Part shown: piece after piece, positions 9,760 through 22,248 of the stretch | Position numbering within the stretch: position 1 is the stretch's first letter | How the letters are laid out: every line of letters begins with the position of its first letter | From: Enterobacterales bacterium | GTDB lineage: Bacteria > Pseudomonadota > Gammaproteobacteria > Enterobacterales > Enterobacteriaceae | NCBI GenBank assembly: GCA_047692235.1 | Contig: JBLLJR010000003.1 | Location: forward strand, 59,599 to 123,598 | Length of the DNA: 64,000 nt | Direction of reading: 5' to 3' | Translations under genes and position numbers: made by a program | Notes under the pieces: model-generated | The model's database searches: none | What the model was told of the DNA's origin: nothing | The model's input: only the letters and a program-made list of their open reading frames with translations

Positions 9760-11424
9760 ATGAAAAAAACAGATACTTTAATGCTAGTAACATGTGCTTT
9801 ACCATACGCTAATGGTTCTATACATCTTGGGCATATGTTAGAACATATACAGGCAGATATTTGGGTAAGATATCAAAGAATGCTAAATAACAAAGTTTAT
9901 TTTATTTGTGCTGATGATACTCATGGTACTCCAATTATGTTAAAAGCTAAAGAATTAAATTTAACACCTGAACTATTAATAAATAAAATATATTTAGAAC
10001 ATAAAAAAGATTTATATGATTTTAATATAAGTTATGATCATTATCATACTACTCATAGCAAAGAAAACTACAAATTAGTTACATATATATATAAAAAATT
10101 AGATGCATATGGATTTATTAAATCTAATATTATTTCACAACTTTATGACATAAATAATAAAATTTTTTTACCAGATCGCTTTGTTAAAGGTACTTGTCCA
10201 ATATGTTTTGCTAAAAATCAATATGGAGATAATTGTGAATTATGTCACTCAACTTATAATTCTATTGAATTAATCAATCCAATATCTATATTATCTAATA
10301 CAACACCTATAATTCGTAAATCTGAACACCTTTTCTTTGACTTACCAAAATTTCATAAAATGTTACAAATTTGGATAAAATCTGGTGTTTTACAAAAACA
10401 TGTTTATAATAAAGTACAAGAATGGTTTAAAAATGGATTAAAAGAATGGGATATATCTAGAGATAAACCTTATTTTGGGTTTAAAATACCTGGTAAATTA
10501 GATAAATATTTTTATGTTTGGCTAGATGCTCCTATAGGATATATAAGTTCATTTAAAAGTTTTTGTAAAATTCGTAAAGATATAAAGTTTAAAAAATTTT
10601 GGGATATCAATTCAAATACAAAATTATACCATTTTATTGGGAAAGATATTATATATTTTCATAGTTTATTTTGGCCAGCTATCTTAGATGGAATTGGTTT
10701 TAAAAAGCCAACAAAAATATTTGTACATGGACATGTAACTATAAATGGTAATAAAATGTCTAAATCTATAAATAATTTTATTACAGCTAGACATTATCTT
10801 CATCATATTAATTCAGATTGTTTAAGATATTATTATGCAACTAAATTATCATCTAATATAGATGATATAGATTTAAATTTAATAGATTTAGCTAAGAAAT
10901 TTAATTCTGATATTATAAATAAAATAGTAAATTTGGCTTCTAGAAGTTCTAGTTTTATTAATAAATATTTTAATTCTATGTTATCTAATAGTATAGATGA
11001 TAAAAAATTATATGATTTATTTATAAAGCGTTCATATGTAATTGGAAATTTATTTAATGATTTACAAATTAAAAATGGTATTAAAGAAATAATATTATTA
11101 GCAAATATTGCTAATAAATATATAGATATTGAAGCTCCATGGAATTTAATTAAAATAAAAAATAATATTAAAACACATAATGTATGTTCTATGGGTATTC
11201 AATTATTTAGGATATTAATGACAAATTTAAAACCAGTTATGCCAATTTTGGCAAAAAGATCTGAGAAATTTTTAATTTTTAATTTAAATTTAAATAAAAT
11301 TCATATTCCTCTTTTATCACATAAAATAAATAAATTTACTATCTTATTTGAACGAATAGAATTAAAACAAATAAAAAATTTGATTCAAGAATCCTTACAA
11401 AATAAATATAACACTAAAAATTAG
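9760..11424 (+). CDS. metG: methionine--tRNA ligase (C-terminal appendix absent)
   Basis: 554-aa ORF with HLGH and KMSKS signatures and the CPICxxxxxYGDNCELC zinc knuckle. It lacks the roughly 120-aa C-terminal tRNA-binding/dimerisation domain of E. coli MetRS. Confidence 0.94.
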   Translation: MKKTDTLMLVTCALPYANGSIHLGHMLEHIQADIWVRYQRMLNNKVYFICADDTHGTPIMLKAKELNLTPELLINKIYLEHKKDLYDFNISYDHYHTTHSKENYKLVTYIYKKLDAYGFIKSNIISQLYDINNKIFLPDRFVKGTCPICFAKNQYGDNCELCHSTYNSIELINPISILSNTTPIIRKSEHLFFDLPKFHKMLQIWIKSGVLQKHVYNKVQEWFKNGLKEWDISRDKPYFGFKIPGKLDKYFYVWLDAPIGYISSFKSFCKIRKDIKFKKFWDINSNTKLYHFIGKDIIYFHSLFWPAILDGIGFKKPTKIFVHGHVTINGNKMSKSINNFITARHYLHHINSDCLRYYYATKLSSNIDDIDLNLIDLAKKFNSDIINKIVNLASRSSSFINKYFNSMLSNSIDDKKLYDLFIKRSYVIGNLFNDLQIKNGIKEIILLANIANKYIDIEAPWNLIKIKNNIKTHNVCSMGIQLFRILMTNLKPVMPILAKRSEKFLIFNLNLNKIHIPLLSHKINKFTILFERIELKQIKNLIQESLQNKYNTKN

Positions 11425-12891
11425 TTAATTATTTATTTTATTAAATTTATAAATTTTAATATTTTTAAACCCATTACTATATAAATAATTTGCACATAAT
11501 TTACTTGTTATGCCACTATCGCAATATAAAATATATGATTTATTTTTATCTAAATTTTTTATTTTATTATTTAATTTGTAAAATGGTAAAGATTGTATCT
11601 TAATATTATCAAATTTTACCGGATTATATTTATATTTTTTTATATCTCTTATATCTAATAATATATCATTTTTTTTAAAATATGATGTTGTTTTAATTGA
11701 TGCATAAGGTTCTTGATGATTAATATTTTTTAATTTTTCTATATTAATGACTTTGGCATTTTTTATAACATTTGTTAATATAGAATCATTAAGTTTATTC
11801 TCTTCAAATTCTATACGCTTTTGTGTGGATTTTGCTGATGATTTATTAGAAAATAAACCACAATATTCTGGTGTTTTTATGGAAAAAATTTCAGTTCCAA
11901 TTGAACGTGATATTTGAATTATTTTTTCTTTATTATATGTAATTAAAGGTCTTAATATTAATATATTATCAACATTATTAATTAAATCTAAATTAATTAA
12001 TGTTTGACTAGACACTTGACCTAATACGTCACCAGTAACTAAAGCTTTAATATTTAAGTTTTTAGCAATTATTGAGGCAACTTTAATCATTAATCTTTTT
12101 AAGATTATACTTACTTGACTTTCTGAAATTTTAGATAAAATTTCATTTATTACAGGTAAAAAATCTAATGATATAAAACTAACAGTATGTGATATACTAA
12201 ATTTTTCCCATAGATAATATGCTATCTTTCTAACATTAGTTTCATGTATATTACCTCCTAAATTAAAAAAACAATAATGAACTACAATACCTCTACGTAT
12301 TAACATATAACTCGATACACCAGAATCAAAACCACCAGAAATTAAAGATAATACATGTCCTTGGGTACTAATTGGAAATCCACCTATTCCTTTAAATGTA
12401 GCAATTATAAAAAGTATATTGTTATCAATAATTTCTAATGAAACAATTTCCTCTGGATTGACTAGTTTTACTGTAGTATTCATTATATTATTACAAATAA
12501 ATTTTCCTATCCATCGTTCTATATCACATGATGAAAATGTATGTATACCTCTACGTTTAACTCTTACACAAAAATTTTTATTTATTAATATATTAAAGTA
12601 ATGATTTATTACTTTTTTATAAATATCTTCTATATCTATCCAATTAGATTCTTTGACTATTAAAATACTATGAATGCCTGGAATATTTATTAATAATTTT
12701 ATAATTTTGTATTGTTTATGGTAACAGTTAATATTTATTTTAATACAATCCCATAATTTTAATATTTTTACTGATATTTTATTTTTTTTAAAAATTAAAT
12801 TTATATTATCAACAAGAATTGATATAAATTTTAATCTTACTGATTTACTTTTTACACAAATTTCAGGAAATAATTTTATTATTATTTTCAT
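11425..12891 (-). CDS. thiI: tRNA 4-thiouridine(8) synthase / thiazole sulfur carrier ThiI
   Basis: 488-aa ORF with the PP-loop SGGFDSGV and a C-terminal rhodanese module carrying the YCDSG cysteine. Its stop codon abuts the metG stop with no spacer. Confidence 0.9.
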   Translation of the reverse strand: MKIIIKLFPEICVKSKSVRLKFISILVDNINLIFKKNKISVKILKLWDCIKININCYHKQYKIIKLLINIPGIHSILIVKESNWIDIEDIYKKVINHYFNILINKNFCVRVKRRGIHTFSSCDIERWIGKFICNNIMNTTVKLVNPEEIVSLEIIDNNILFIIATFKGIGGFPISTQGHVLSLISGGFDSGVSSYMLIRRGIVVHYCFFNLGGNIHETNVRKIAYYLWEKFSISHTVSFISLDFLPVINEILSKISESQVSIILKRLMIKVASIIAKNLNIKALVTGDVLGQVSSQTLINLDLINNVDNILILRPLITYNKEKIIQISRSIGTEIFSIKTPEYCGLFSNKSSAKSTQKRIEFEENKLNDSILTNVIKNAKVINIEKLKNINHQEPYASIKTTSYFKKNDILLDIRDIKKYKYNPVKFDNIKIQSLPFYKLNNKIKNLDKNKSYILYCDSGITSKLCANYLYSNGFKNIKIYKFNKINN

Positions 12892-13088
12892 AGTAATTAA
12901 GAAAAATTTTAATTTTTTAAAATATTTATAAATATTTTATGTAAAAATAAAAATAATATAAAATATATATAACTTAATTATTATTTATATTTATATTGAA
13001 TAAATTACATATATTAAATATAATTTAACAATTTATTATTTTTATAATAAAATAAATATTATTTATTTATAAAAAGATAATATTCATA

Positions 13089-14680
13089 TTGAATAACAAA
13101 ATATTATACCCGATTTCATTTAAAATAAATAATACTACATATATTATAAATATATCAGTAACTCATTTATTACAATTATGTAACGAATTACATTAATTTT
13201 TAATTAACACTGTTATCAAATTAATTGAATATTTTTTTTCTAGACTAGAAACTATAGAGTTAACAGTAGCATTGTATTATACCTATAAAACCTCATTGAG
13301 TAATTTAATATATGATACTAATCATAAAATATTATCCAAATAAAATTTTAATTGGTAGATGAGATAATATATATTCTATTAGAATAATAGAATAACGTAC
13401 ATACATTTCCATATAGAGAAAAAAGTAAATATGATATTTTATCAATTGTTCATTCGTTTATATCTATTAGAGCTAGATTAGGTATGTTTGTCGCTGCTTA
13501 CTATGAAGAATTAAATCGTAATACTATATATATAGTAGATAATATAACTATTAATACTGTAATGACATTTGAAACTATTAATAATTTTGGAAATGCTAAA
13601 TTTAATATTTAAGTTATTCTTAATGAGAATGAAATGTGTCTATTTCAAAAAATATTAGGATTTAGTTATTTTGATAAAATAGATGTATATAATTTATTAA
13701 GTTTAATAAAAATTTTAAAAATTATTAAAAATAAAAAAATCTTAAATTATTAAGATATTGCCACCAAAAAAGATTATGATTATAACAGAAAATAATCCAA
13801 TTAATTGACATGTATTATCAATACGCTCTTTAAAAATAAGTATACTTAAAAATTAGAATGAAAATTATTCTTATGCAATTGTATTTGGGTAATAGTTATG
13901 TAATATAACATCAATAGATGAAAAATTAATTACTATTATTCTCACAATGAAAAATGATCTAGTATGGTAAAATTTTCTAAGAAATATCCAAAGCAATTTT
14001 TTGATGTAGTCTATACAAAACAATATATTGTAACATTTGAAGTTGGCTTATCTATAAATTATTAGTATCCAATAATTTCTATTGATTCAATTTTTTACAA
14101 CATACATATTATCAAGCAATACTTGATATTGATTTGCAAAAATTATTAATTTTATTTGTAATTGATAAAGACGGAATAGTCGAACTTAATGGTAGTATAT
14201 ATCAATAATAATTTAATTTATCATATTTAATATGTATTCATAATATGATTATTATAGCATTAAGTAATTCTAATGAATATAGATTAATGTTAAATACATC
14301 AAAGAGGTCCTAATGTTGTAAGATATCCTAAATGATTTATTGATATATATAACATTAATAAAACATTTAATATGTTATCAATAGGAAAAATTATTGATAA
14401 CAAATTTTATTGTACCATAATAGATATGCTGTTTATTAAACTTATATATAAAAATATAATTTTAAAATGTTTAAAAATCATTTTGTACTATTTACTATTT
14501 AATAAAACATTATTATTACTGACACAGGAAGTAGTATAAATGATTACTTATCAAGAAATAATATACATTGTTCAATTTTAAATTTGAGATTACCAGATTA
14601 TTTTATATGATTATTAAGACGAAGTTCAATCTTGTTTTGGATTAAATATAAATGGAATAAAACTTAAAATCCAAAATTAG
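13089..14680 (+). pseudogene. dxs: 1-deoxy-D-xylulose-5-phosphate synthase pseudogene
   Basis: No ORF is called here, but piecewise + strand translation is colinear with E. coli Dxs from residue 1 to the C-terminus. It is interrupted by many stops (for example TAA 13194-13196, TAA 13610-13612, TAG 14063-14065) and by frameshifts. The TPP motif GDG is degraded to VDN. Confidence 0.88.
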
Positions 14681-14808
14681 TTAATTAAAATATCAAGTTA
14701 AATTTTGATATTTCAATTAACCATATTTATTAAATAAAATATTTATTTTATGATAAAATAAAATTTATTTTTCAATATATATTATTAAAATAACAATGTG
14801 AGTATAAA

Positions 14809-15183
14809 TTGAAAAAAAGACCAATAAATTTAAATTTATATACTATGCATTATCCTATAACAGCTATAATATCTATTATGCATAGAATATCTGGAATATT
14901 TACATATTTATCTATGGGTTTTTTATTTTGGTTATTAAGATTATCTTTATCTTCACACAAAGGATTTAATCAAACCCTGTATATAATACATAATTTATTT
15001 TTTAAAATTATATTGTGGTTTTTATTAACAGTATTTTCATATCACATAATATGTGGTATACGTCATATTTTAATAGATTTTAGATGTTTAAAAGAAACAC
15101 TTCAAGTAGGTTTAATTACAGCTAAAATTGTATTATTTTTAACATTAATTTCATCTATCCTAATAGGATTATATATATGGTAA
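14809..15183 (+). CDS. sdhC: succinate dehydrogenase cytochrome b556 subunit
   Basis: 124-aa ORF with a TTG start. KKRPINLNL..YPITAIISIMHRISG and the YHIICGIRH heme-ligand block match E. coli SdhC. Confidence 0.9.
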   Translation: MKKRPINLNLYTMHYPITAIISIMHRISGIFTYLSMGFLFWLLRLSLSSHKGFNQTLYIIHNLFFKIILWFLLTVFSYHIICGIRHILIDFRCLKETLQVGLITAKIVLFLTLISSILIGLYIW

Positions 15184-15524
15184 ATAATAAATCATCATTA
15201 GGATATAGTGGTGTATGTGAATGGCTATTAGTTAGATCATCTGCAATTGTTATTATTTGTTATGTTATATATTTTTTAAGTTTTTTAATTTTTACAGATA
15301 TTATTACATATGAAGTATGGTGTAATTTTTTTAATAAAATTATAACAAAAATTTTTACAATTATTACTATATTATCTATATCATTACATTCTTGGATTGG
15401 AATTTGGCAAATTCTAACAGACTACATAAAATTAACATCTTTACGACTTGTATTACAGTTTTTTATAATTATTAGTTTAATGATATATATATGTTATGGA
15501 TTAATTATTGTATTTGGAATATAA
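15177..15524 (+). CDS. sdhD: succinate dehydrogenase hydrophobic anchor subunit
   Basis: 115-aa ORF colinear with E. coli SdhD (the heme His in [17 protein letters not shown]). It has the same ATGGTAA overlap with sdhC as E. coli. Confidence 0.9.
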   Translation: MVNNKSSLGYSGVCEWLLVRSSAIVIICYVIYFLSFLIFTDIITYEVWCNFFNKIITKIFTIITILSISLHSWIGIWQILTDYIKLTSLRLVLQFFIIISLMIYICYGLIIVFGI

Positions 15525-15528
15525 TTTA

Positions 15529-17295
15529 ATGAAATTATCTACAAAAGAATTTGATGTTATTGTAATAGGCGCCGGAGGATCTGGTATGCGCGCTGCATTA
15601 CAAATTGCGCAAACTAATCTTAAATGTGCTTTAATTTCTAAAGTATTTCCCACAAGATCTCATACAGTATCAGCACAAGGAGGTATTACAGTTGCATTAG
15701 GAAATATGCATAAAGATAATTGGAAATGGCATATGTATGATACCATTAAAGGCTCAGATTATATAGGTGACCAAAATGCTATAGAATATATGTGCAAAAA
15801 TGGTCCTCAATCAGTAATAGAATTAGAACATATGGGATTGCCATTTTCTAGGCTAGACAATGGTAAAATATATCAAAGACCATTTGGTGGGCAATCATTA
15901 AATTATGGTAAAATGCAAGCATCTAGAACAGCATCATCTGCTGATAGAACTGGTCATGCTTTGTTACACACATTGTATCAACAAAATTTAAAATATAAAA
16001 CTAAAATTTTTTCTGAATGGTATGCGATAAATTTAGTTAAAAACCAAGATGGTAAAATAGTTGGTTGTACATCAATATGTATTGAGACAGGAGAAATAGT
16101 ATATTTTAAATCTAAAGCAACTATTTTAGCTACTGGAGGAGCTGGACGTATTTATCAATCTACAACAAATGCTTTTATTAATACAGGAGATGGAATTGGT
16201 ATGGCAATAAGAGCAAATATTCCAGTACAAGATATGGAAATGTGGCAATTTCATCCAACTGGTATTGCTGGTTCTGGTGTGTTAATTACAGAAGGTTGTA
16301 GAGGTGAAGGTGGTTATTTATTAAATAAATACGGTGAAAGGTTTATGGAAAGATACGCTCCTAATTCTAAAGATTTAGCGAGCAGAGATGTAGTTTCTAG
16401 ATCTATTATGATAGAAATTAATGAACAACGTGGATTTAATAATTATTTGGGTCCGCATGTTAAATTAAAACTGGATCATCTAGGTAAAGAAGTTTTACAA
16501 AATAGATTACCTGGTATTTTAGAATTATCAAAAACTTTTGCACATATTGATCCTATTAAAGAATCTATACCAGTAATACCTACTTGTCATTACATGATGG
16601 GTGGTATTCCTACAAAAATTACTGGACAAGTTATTACTGTTAATGATATTGGTAATGATATAATAATTGATGGTTTATTTGCTGTTGGTGAAACTTCTTG
16701 TGCATCAATACATGGAGCAAATCGTTTAGGTGGTAATTCATTACTTGATTTAATTGTTTTTGGAAAATCTGTAGGAAATTTTATAACTGATTTATTAATG
16801 CAACATGTTGATGTTAAAAAAGCAAGTTCATCAGATATAGAAAAATCTCTTATTTCTTATATGAGATGGAACAATAATCGCACTGGCGAAAATCCAGAAG
16901 CAATAAGAAAAGATTTACAACATTGTATGCAAACTTATTTTTCAGTTTTCAGAGAAGGTGGTTCTATGAAAATAGGTTTAAATAAACTTAAAGAAATAAA
17001 GGAACGTTTAAACTATGCTCGTCTTGATGACCTTTCGTCAGAATTTAATACACAAAGAATTGAATGTTTAGAACTTGATAATTTAGCTGAAACAGCATAT
17101 GCTACTGCTTTATCTTCAATTTTTAGAAAAGAAAGTAGAGGTGCTCATAGTAGATTTGACTTCCCAAATCGTGATGATAATAATTGGTTATGTCATACAT
17201 TGTATATGCCTAAACAAAATAATATGTTAAAAAGAAAAATAAATATAAAACCGAAGTTTTGTAAACCTTTTCAACCTAAAATACGTGTTTATTAA
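15529..17295 (+). CDS. sdhA: succinate dehydrogenase flavoprotein subunit
   Basis: Start set at ATG 15529 ([24 protein letters not shown]) by alignment. The FAD-attachment block [10 protein letters not shown] is present, and the ORF is colinear with E. coli SdhA. Confidence 0.95.
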   Translation: MKLSTKEFDVIVIGAGGSGMRAALQIAQTNLKCALISKVFPTRSHTVSAQGGITVALGNMHKDNWKWHMYDTIKGSDYIGDQNAIEYMCKNGPQSVIELEHMGLPFSRLDNGKIYQRPFGGQSLNYGKMQASRTASSADRTGHALLHTLYQQNLKYKTKIFSEWYAINLVKNQDGKIVGCTSICIETGEIVYFKSKATILATGGAGRIYQSTTNAFINTGDGIGMAIRANIPVQDMEMWQFHPTGIAGSGVLITEGCRGEGGYLLNKYGERFMERYAPNSKDLASRDVVSRSIMIEINEQRGFNNYLGPHVKLKLDHLGKEVLQNRLPGILELSKTFAHIDPIKESIPVIPTCHYMMGGIPTKITGQVITVNDIGNDIIIDGLFAVGETSCASIHGANRLGGNSLLDLIVFGKSVGNFITDLLMQHVDVKKASSSDIEKSLISYMRWNNNRTGENPEAIRKDLQHCMQTYFSVFREGGSMKIGLNKLKEIKERLNYARLDDLSSEFNTQRIECLELDNLAETAYATALSSIFRKESRGAHSRFDFPNRDDNNWLCHTLYMPKQNNMLKRKINIKPKFCKPFQPKIRVY

Positions 17296-17307
17296 GAGTA
17301 TTAATAT

Positions 17308-18036
17308 ATGAAAGATATTAAAGAAATAAAATTTTGTATTTATCGATATAATTCAGATGTTGATAGTAAACCATATATGCAAAATTTTAAATTAAAAATT
17401 AATTCAGACAAAGATATGATGTTATTAGATGCATTAATTAAAATTAAAGAACAAGATCCCAGTTTATCGTTTAGGCGTTCATGTAGAGAAGGAGTATGTG
17501 GTTCAGATGGAATGAATGTAAATGGTAAAAATTGTTTAGCATGTATTACACCTGTATCTCAATTAATAAATAAAACAAACATTATTATTGTAAGACCTTT
17601 ACCAGGATTATTTATAATTAGAGATTTAGTAGTTGATATGAAATATTTTCATGATCAATATAAAAAAATTAATCCATTTTTAATAAATAAAAATAGTGAT
17701 GATTCATCAAAAGAATATATTCAATTACCAAAAGATAGATCTAAATTAGATGGTTTATATGAATGTATACTATGTGCATGTTGTTCTACGGCTTGCCCTT
17801 CATTTTGGTGGAATCCAGATAAATTTATTGGCCCTGCTGGATTGTTAACGTCTTATCGCTTCATAATTGATAATAGAGATACTAATACTCAAACTAGATT
17901 AAAAGAATTAAATGATTCTTTTAGTGTATTTCGTTGTCATAGTATAATGAATTGTGTTAGTGTTTGTCCAAAAGGATTAAATCCGTCTAAAGCTATAAAT
18001 AATATTAAAACTATGTTAGTAGATAATTGTATATAG
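17308..18036 (+). CDS. sdhB: succinate dehydrogenase iron-sulfur subunit
   Basis: 242-aa ORF. All three Cys clusters are present (CREGVCGSDG..C, CILCACCSTACP, CHSIMNCVSVCP). Confidence 0.95.
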   Translation: MKDIKEIKFCIYRYNSDVDSKPYMQNFKLKINSDKDMMLLDALIKIKEQDPSLSFRRSCREGVCGSDGMNVNGKNCLACITPVSQLINKTNIIIVRPLPGLFIIRDLVVDMKYFHDQYKKINPFLINKNSDDSSKEYIQLPKDRSKLDGLYECILCACCSTACPSFWWNPDKFIGPAGLLTSYRFIIDNRDTNTQTRLKELNDSFSVFRCHSIMNCVSVCPKGLNPSKAINNIKTMLVDNCI

Positions 18037-18134
18037 AATAAAATTAACAATTATAATTAGTTAAATTTATAAAAAAATTTTGTAAAATTTATTATTTTAT
18101 ATTTTATTAATATTTTAATTAAAGGCTTTAAAAT

Positions 18135-20930
18135 ATGGAATTAAAATTAAATGATTTAAAAAATTTAAGTAAATTTAATTTAATAAATTTATCTTATATA
18201 GAAAATTTATATTCAGATTCTTTAATAAATAAAAAAAATTTAAATCTCAAATTACATGAATTATTTAATAGTAATTCAAAAACAAATTTAAATTATTTAA
18301 ATATTGGAAATAATATTGAAAATATTATTTCATATACCAAAGATGATAAATGCAATATTTGCAAAATAGTCAAGATCAAAAAACTAATTAATTATTTTCG
18401 TTGTTTTGGTTACAACTTTGCTAAAATAAATCCTATAGATATATTTAAAAAAAAACAATGTAATTATTTACAATTATCTAACTTTGGTTTTACTGAAAAT
18501 GATAGTAATAAAACATTTAATATAAATATATTTAATAAAAGTAATAATTGTATTAAATTATCTAAATTATATAAAATATTAAATAAAATTTACTGTGGAT
18601 CTATTGGTATAGAATATATGTATTTAGATAATAACTTAGAAAAAAATTGGATACAACAATATATAGAACCACAGTTATATAATTTAAGTTTTTCTAAAAA
18701 AGAAAAAAAAAATTTACTCAAAGAACTAGTATCATCTGAAATTTTTGAAAAATATTTAGGATCTAGATTCCCAGGATATAAACGTTTTTCATTAGAAGGT
18801 TGTGATGTATTAATACCAATATTTAAAGAAATAATTAGATATTCTTCTAATAAGTATTTAACAAAAGAAATAACTATTGGTATGGCACATCGTGGTAGAT
18901 TAAATGTATTAGTTAATATTTTAGGAAAAAATCCTCAAGATTTATTTGATGAATTTATAGGTAAAAAAAGTATATCAAAAACAGAATATGGTGATGTCAA
19001 ATATCATCAAGGTTTTGTAAATTTTTTAAAAATAGGAAAAAATATATTAAAAATAATTTTAGCAAATAATCCATCTCATTTAGAAATTGTTAGTCCTGTA
19101 ATTATGGGTATTTCTAGAGCTATTAGAGATAAATTTAATTATAACAATACTGATATTTTGCCAATTACATTACATGGTGATGCTGCAATTATAGGTCAAG
19201 GTGTAGTACAAGAAACATTAAATATGTCTAATATTCCTGCCTATAATATAGGAGGCACAATTAGAATTGTTATTAATAATCAAATAGGATTTACTACATC
19301 TAAAATATCTGAAATAAGATCTTCTAAATATTGCACTGATATTGCTAAAATGATACAAGCACCTATTATTCATGTTAATGTAGATGATATTGAATCAACT
19401 ATTTTTAGCATAAGAATGGCAATAGATTTTCGTAATTTATTTAAAAAAGATATAATTATTGATTTGGTATGTTACCGTAGACAAGGGCATAATGAATCTG
19501 ATGATCCTTTTACTACGCAACCAATTTTATATAAAAATATAAAAAAACACCCGACATCTTTAAAAATTTATGCTAATTATTTACTGAATAAAAATATCAT
19601 TAATAATTTGTATTTAAATAAATCAATTAATGAATATCGAGAATCTTTAATAAAAGATAAATGTGTAGTAAAAGAAACATCATTAAAATTTTTTCATGTT
19701 AATTCAGAATATAGGTCAAACATTAAAAATAAAAATTTATCTAAAATTAAATTTTCTAATTTAAAAGTTGAAAATTTAATTACATTAGCAAAATCTATAT
19801 CCTATGTTCCATCAAATATTAATATGCATAATTTGGTATCAAAAATTTATAAAGATAGATTATCTATGTCTAAATGCGAAAAATTAATTGATTGGGGATT
19901 CGCAGAATCTTTGGCTTATGCATCATTATTAAATGATGGATTTAATGTTAGAATAATTGGTGAAGATTCAGAAAGGGGAACATTTTTTCACAGACATGCA
20001 GTAATTCATGATCAAAAAAATGAATTAACATATATTCCTTTAAAAAATATAAGTAAAAATCAAGGAAATTTTAATATATGGAATTCAGTGCTTTCAGAAG
20101 AAGCTGCATTAGCATTTGAATATGGTTATTCTTCTATAAACTTATTTCATACTTTAGTAGTATGGGAAGCACAATTTGGAGATTTTGCGAATGGAGCTCA
20201 AGTAGTTATAGATCAATTTATTAGTTCAGGAGAACAAAAATGGAGTACTAAATCTAATTTAGTTTTAATGTTACCACATGGATATGAAGGCCAAGGACCA
20301 GAACATTCATCTGCTCGTTTAGAACGATATCTTCAAATATGTGCAGGAAATAATATTAAAATTTGTGTTCCTTCTACTGCATCTCAATTATATCTAATAT
20401 TAAGACATCATATGTTAGATTCGGTATATACACCATTAGTGATTATAACTCCAAAATCATTATTACGGAATAAATATTCTTTTTCTTCTTTTAATGAAAT
20501 ATCGTCTAATATTTTTAGAAAAATTATATATAGTGATAATATAAATTATAATAAAATATTGCGTGTTGTCATTTGTACCGGTAAAGTATATTATGATTTA
20601 TTATTAAAACAACCAAAAAATATAGATATTATAAAAATAGAGCAATTATATCCATTTCCTATAGCAGAATTAAAAACACAATTAAATAAATATAAAAATA
20701 TTGTAGATATTGTTTGGTGTCAAGAAGAACCGAAAAATAGTGGGGCATGGATTTTTGTTAAAAGTTATATTTTAGATATTATAGATTATAAATATCATCT
20801 AATTTATGCTGGAAGACCTTATTCTGCATCTCCAGCAACAGGATATTTATTTGTACATAACATTCAACAATTAAATTTAATAAATAGTGCATTAGATATA
20901 AATGTTAAAGGATCTAAACATGACAGATAG
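18135..20930 (+). CDS. sucA: 2-oxoglutarate dehydrogenase E1 component
   Basis: 931-aa ORF colinear with E. coli SucA ([43 protein letters not shown]). Confidence 0.94.
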   Translation: MELKLNDLKNLSKFNLINLSYIENLYSDSLINKKNLNLKLHELFNSNSKTNLNYLNIGNNIENIISYTKDDKCNICKIVKIKKLINYFRCFGYNFAKINPIDIFKKKQCNYLQLSNFGFTENDSNKTFNINIFNKSNNCIKLSKLYKILNKIYCGSIGIEYMYLDNNLEKNWIQQYIEPQLYNLSFSKKEKKNLLKELVSSEIFEKYLGSRFPGYKRFSLEGCDVLIPIFKEIIRYSSNKYLTKEITIGMAHRGRLNVLVNILGKNPQDLFDEFIGKKSISKTEYGDVKYHQGFVNFLKIGKNILKIILANNPSHLEIVSPVIMGISRAIRDKFNYNNTDILPITLHGDAAIIGQGVVQETLNMSNIPAYNIGGTIRIVINNQIGFTTSKISEIRSSKYCTDIAKMIQAPIIHVNVDDIESTIFSIRMAIDFRNLFKKDIIIDLVCYRRQGHNESDDPFTTQPILYKNIKKHPTSLKIYANYLLNKNIINNLYLNKSINEYRESLIKDKCVVKETSLKFFHVNSEYRSNIKNKNLSKIKFSNLKVENLITLAKSISYVPSNINMHNLVSKIYKDRLSMSKCEKLIDWGFAESLAYASLLNDGFNVRIIGEDSERGTFFHRHAVIHDQKNELTYIPLKNISKNQGNFNIWNSVLSEEAALAFEYGYSSINLFHTLVVWEAQFGDFANGAQVVIDQFISSGEQKWSTKSNLVLMLPHGYEGQGPEHSSARLERYLQICAGNNIKICVPSTASQLYLILRHHMLDSVYTPLVIITPKSLLRNKYSFSSFNEISSNIFRKIIYSDNINYNKILRVVICTGKVYYDLLLKQPKNIDIIKIEQLYPFPIAELKTQLNKYKNIVDIVWCQEEPKNSGAWIFVKSYILDIIDYKYHLIYAGRPYSASPATGYLFVHNIQQLNLINSALDINVKGSKHDR

Positions 20931-22173
20931 TATAGATATACTAGTTCCTGATTTACCTGAATCAGTGACAGATGCTACAGTATCTACTTGGCATAAAAAA
21001 CAGGGTGAATATATAAAATGTAATGAAATTATAGTTGACGTAGAAACTGATAAAGTTATATTGGAAATTCCAGCTGTTGAATCAGGAATTTTAGATAAAA
21101 TAATACAAAATACTGGGTCAATTGTAACTTCAGGTCAAATAATTGGACGTTTATTATTAACGAATAATAATGTAAAAACAGATCTTGATTTACCAAATAC
21201 TATTACTGATAGTAAAGAAGAAGTTGTAAAAAATAAAAATATTTTAAATATAGATAATAATTTAGCACTAGATAAACATAAAGAAATAAAAAATAAATTT
21301 AGTTATAACTTAGGTCCATCTATACGTAGATTTATTTATATAAATAATTTAGATAAGAAAAATATTGACAAACATATCAATGTAAATACTGTATCAAGTA
21401 ATTATGTTAATCAAGTTAATAATATAAATGTAAATTCTGATACTTTATTAACAGTTAATTCGATTAATAATGTTAAAAAAGAAAAACGTGTTCCTATGAG
21501 TAGGATACGTAAACGAATATCTGATCGTTTATTAGAATCTAAAAATAATACTGCTATGTTAACTACATTTAATGAAGTTAATATGAAAGGAATAATAGAT
21601 TTAAGAAATAAATATAAAAGTGATTTTGAAAATAAACATGGAATTCGTTTAGGTTTTATGTCTTTTTTTGTGAAATCAGTTGTAGAGGGATTAAAACAAT
21701 TCCCAGAAATTAATGCATTTATAGATAACAATGACATTATCTATCATGATTATTTTGATATTAATATTGCGATATCTACTAATAGAGGTTTAGTTGCACC
21801 AGTTTTACAAAATGTAGATTTAATGTCAATGGCAGATATAGAAAAAAAAATAAAAGAATTATCTATTAAAGGACAGTTAGGAAAATTGAGTATTGAAGAA
21901 TTAACAGGTGGAAATTTTACTATAACTAATGGAGGAGTATTTGGATCATTGATATCTACTCCAATTATTAATCCACCACAAAGTGCAATTCTTGGAATGC
22001 ATCTTATTAAAGATAGACCTATTGCTTTAAATGGAAATGTTATTATATTACCAATGATGTATATTGCTTTATCTTATGATCATAGATTAATTGATGGAAA
22101 AGAAGCAGTTGGATTTTTAATTAAAATTAAAAATTCAATAGAAAATCCTGATAGAATATTATTAAATATATAA
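20920..22173 (+). CDS. sucB: dihydrolipoyllysine-residue succinyltransferase (E2o)
   Basis: Start set at ATG 20920 ([16 protein letters not shown]), which overlaps sucA by 11 nt. The lipoyl site [11 protein letters not shown] and the catalytic block [13 protein letters not shown] are present. Confidence 0.93.
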   Translation: MTDSIDILVPDLPESVTDATVSTWHKKQGEYIKCNEIIVDVETDKVILEIPAVESGILDKIIQNTGSIVTSGQIIGRLLLTNNNVKTDLDLPNTITDSKEEVVKNKNILNIDNNLALDKHKEIKNKFSYNLGPSIRRFIYINNLDKKNIDKHINVNTVSSNYVNQVNNINVNSDTLLTVNSINNVKKEKRVPMSRIRKRISDRLLESKNNTAMLTTFNEVNMKGIIDLRNKYKSDFENKHGIRLGFMSFFVKSVVEGLKQFPEINAFIDNNDIIYHDYFDINIAISTNRGLVAPVLQNVDLMSMADIEKKIKELSIKGQLGKLSIEELTGGNFTITNGGVFGSLISTPIINPPQSAILGMHLIKDRPIALNGNVIILPMMYIALSYDHRLIDGKEAVGFLIKIKNSIENPDRILLNI

Positions 22174-22248
22174 AATTCAGTTAATTTTAAATATTTAATT
22201 GAATTTTATATATAAACAAATTTTTTTATATAAAATTGGAATTATTTT

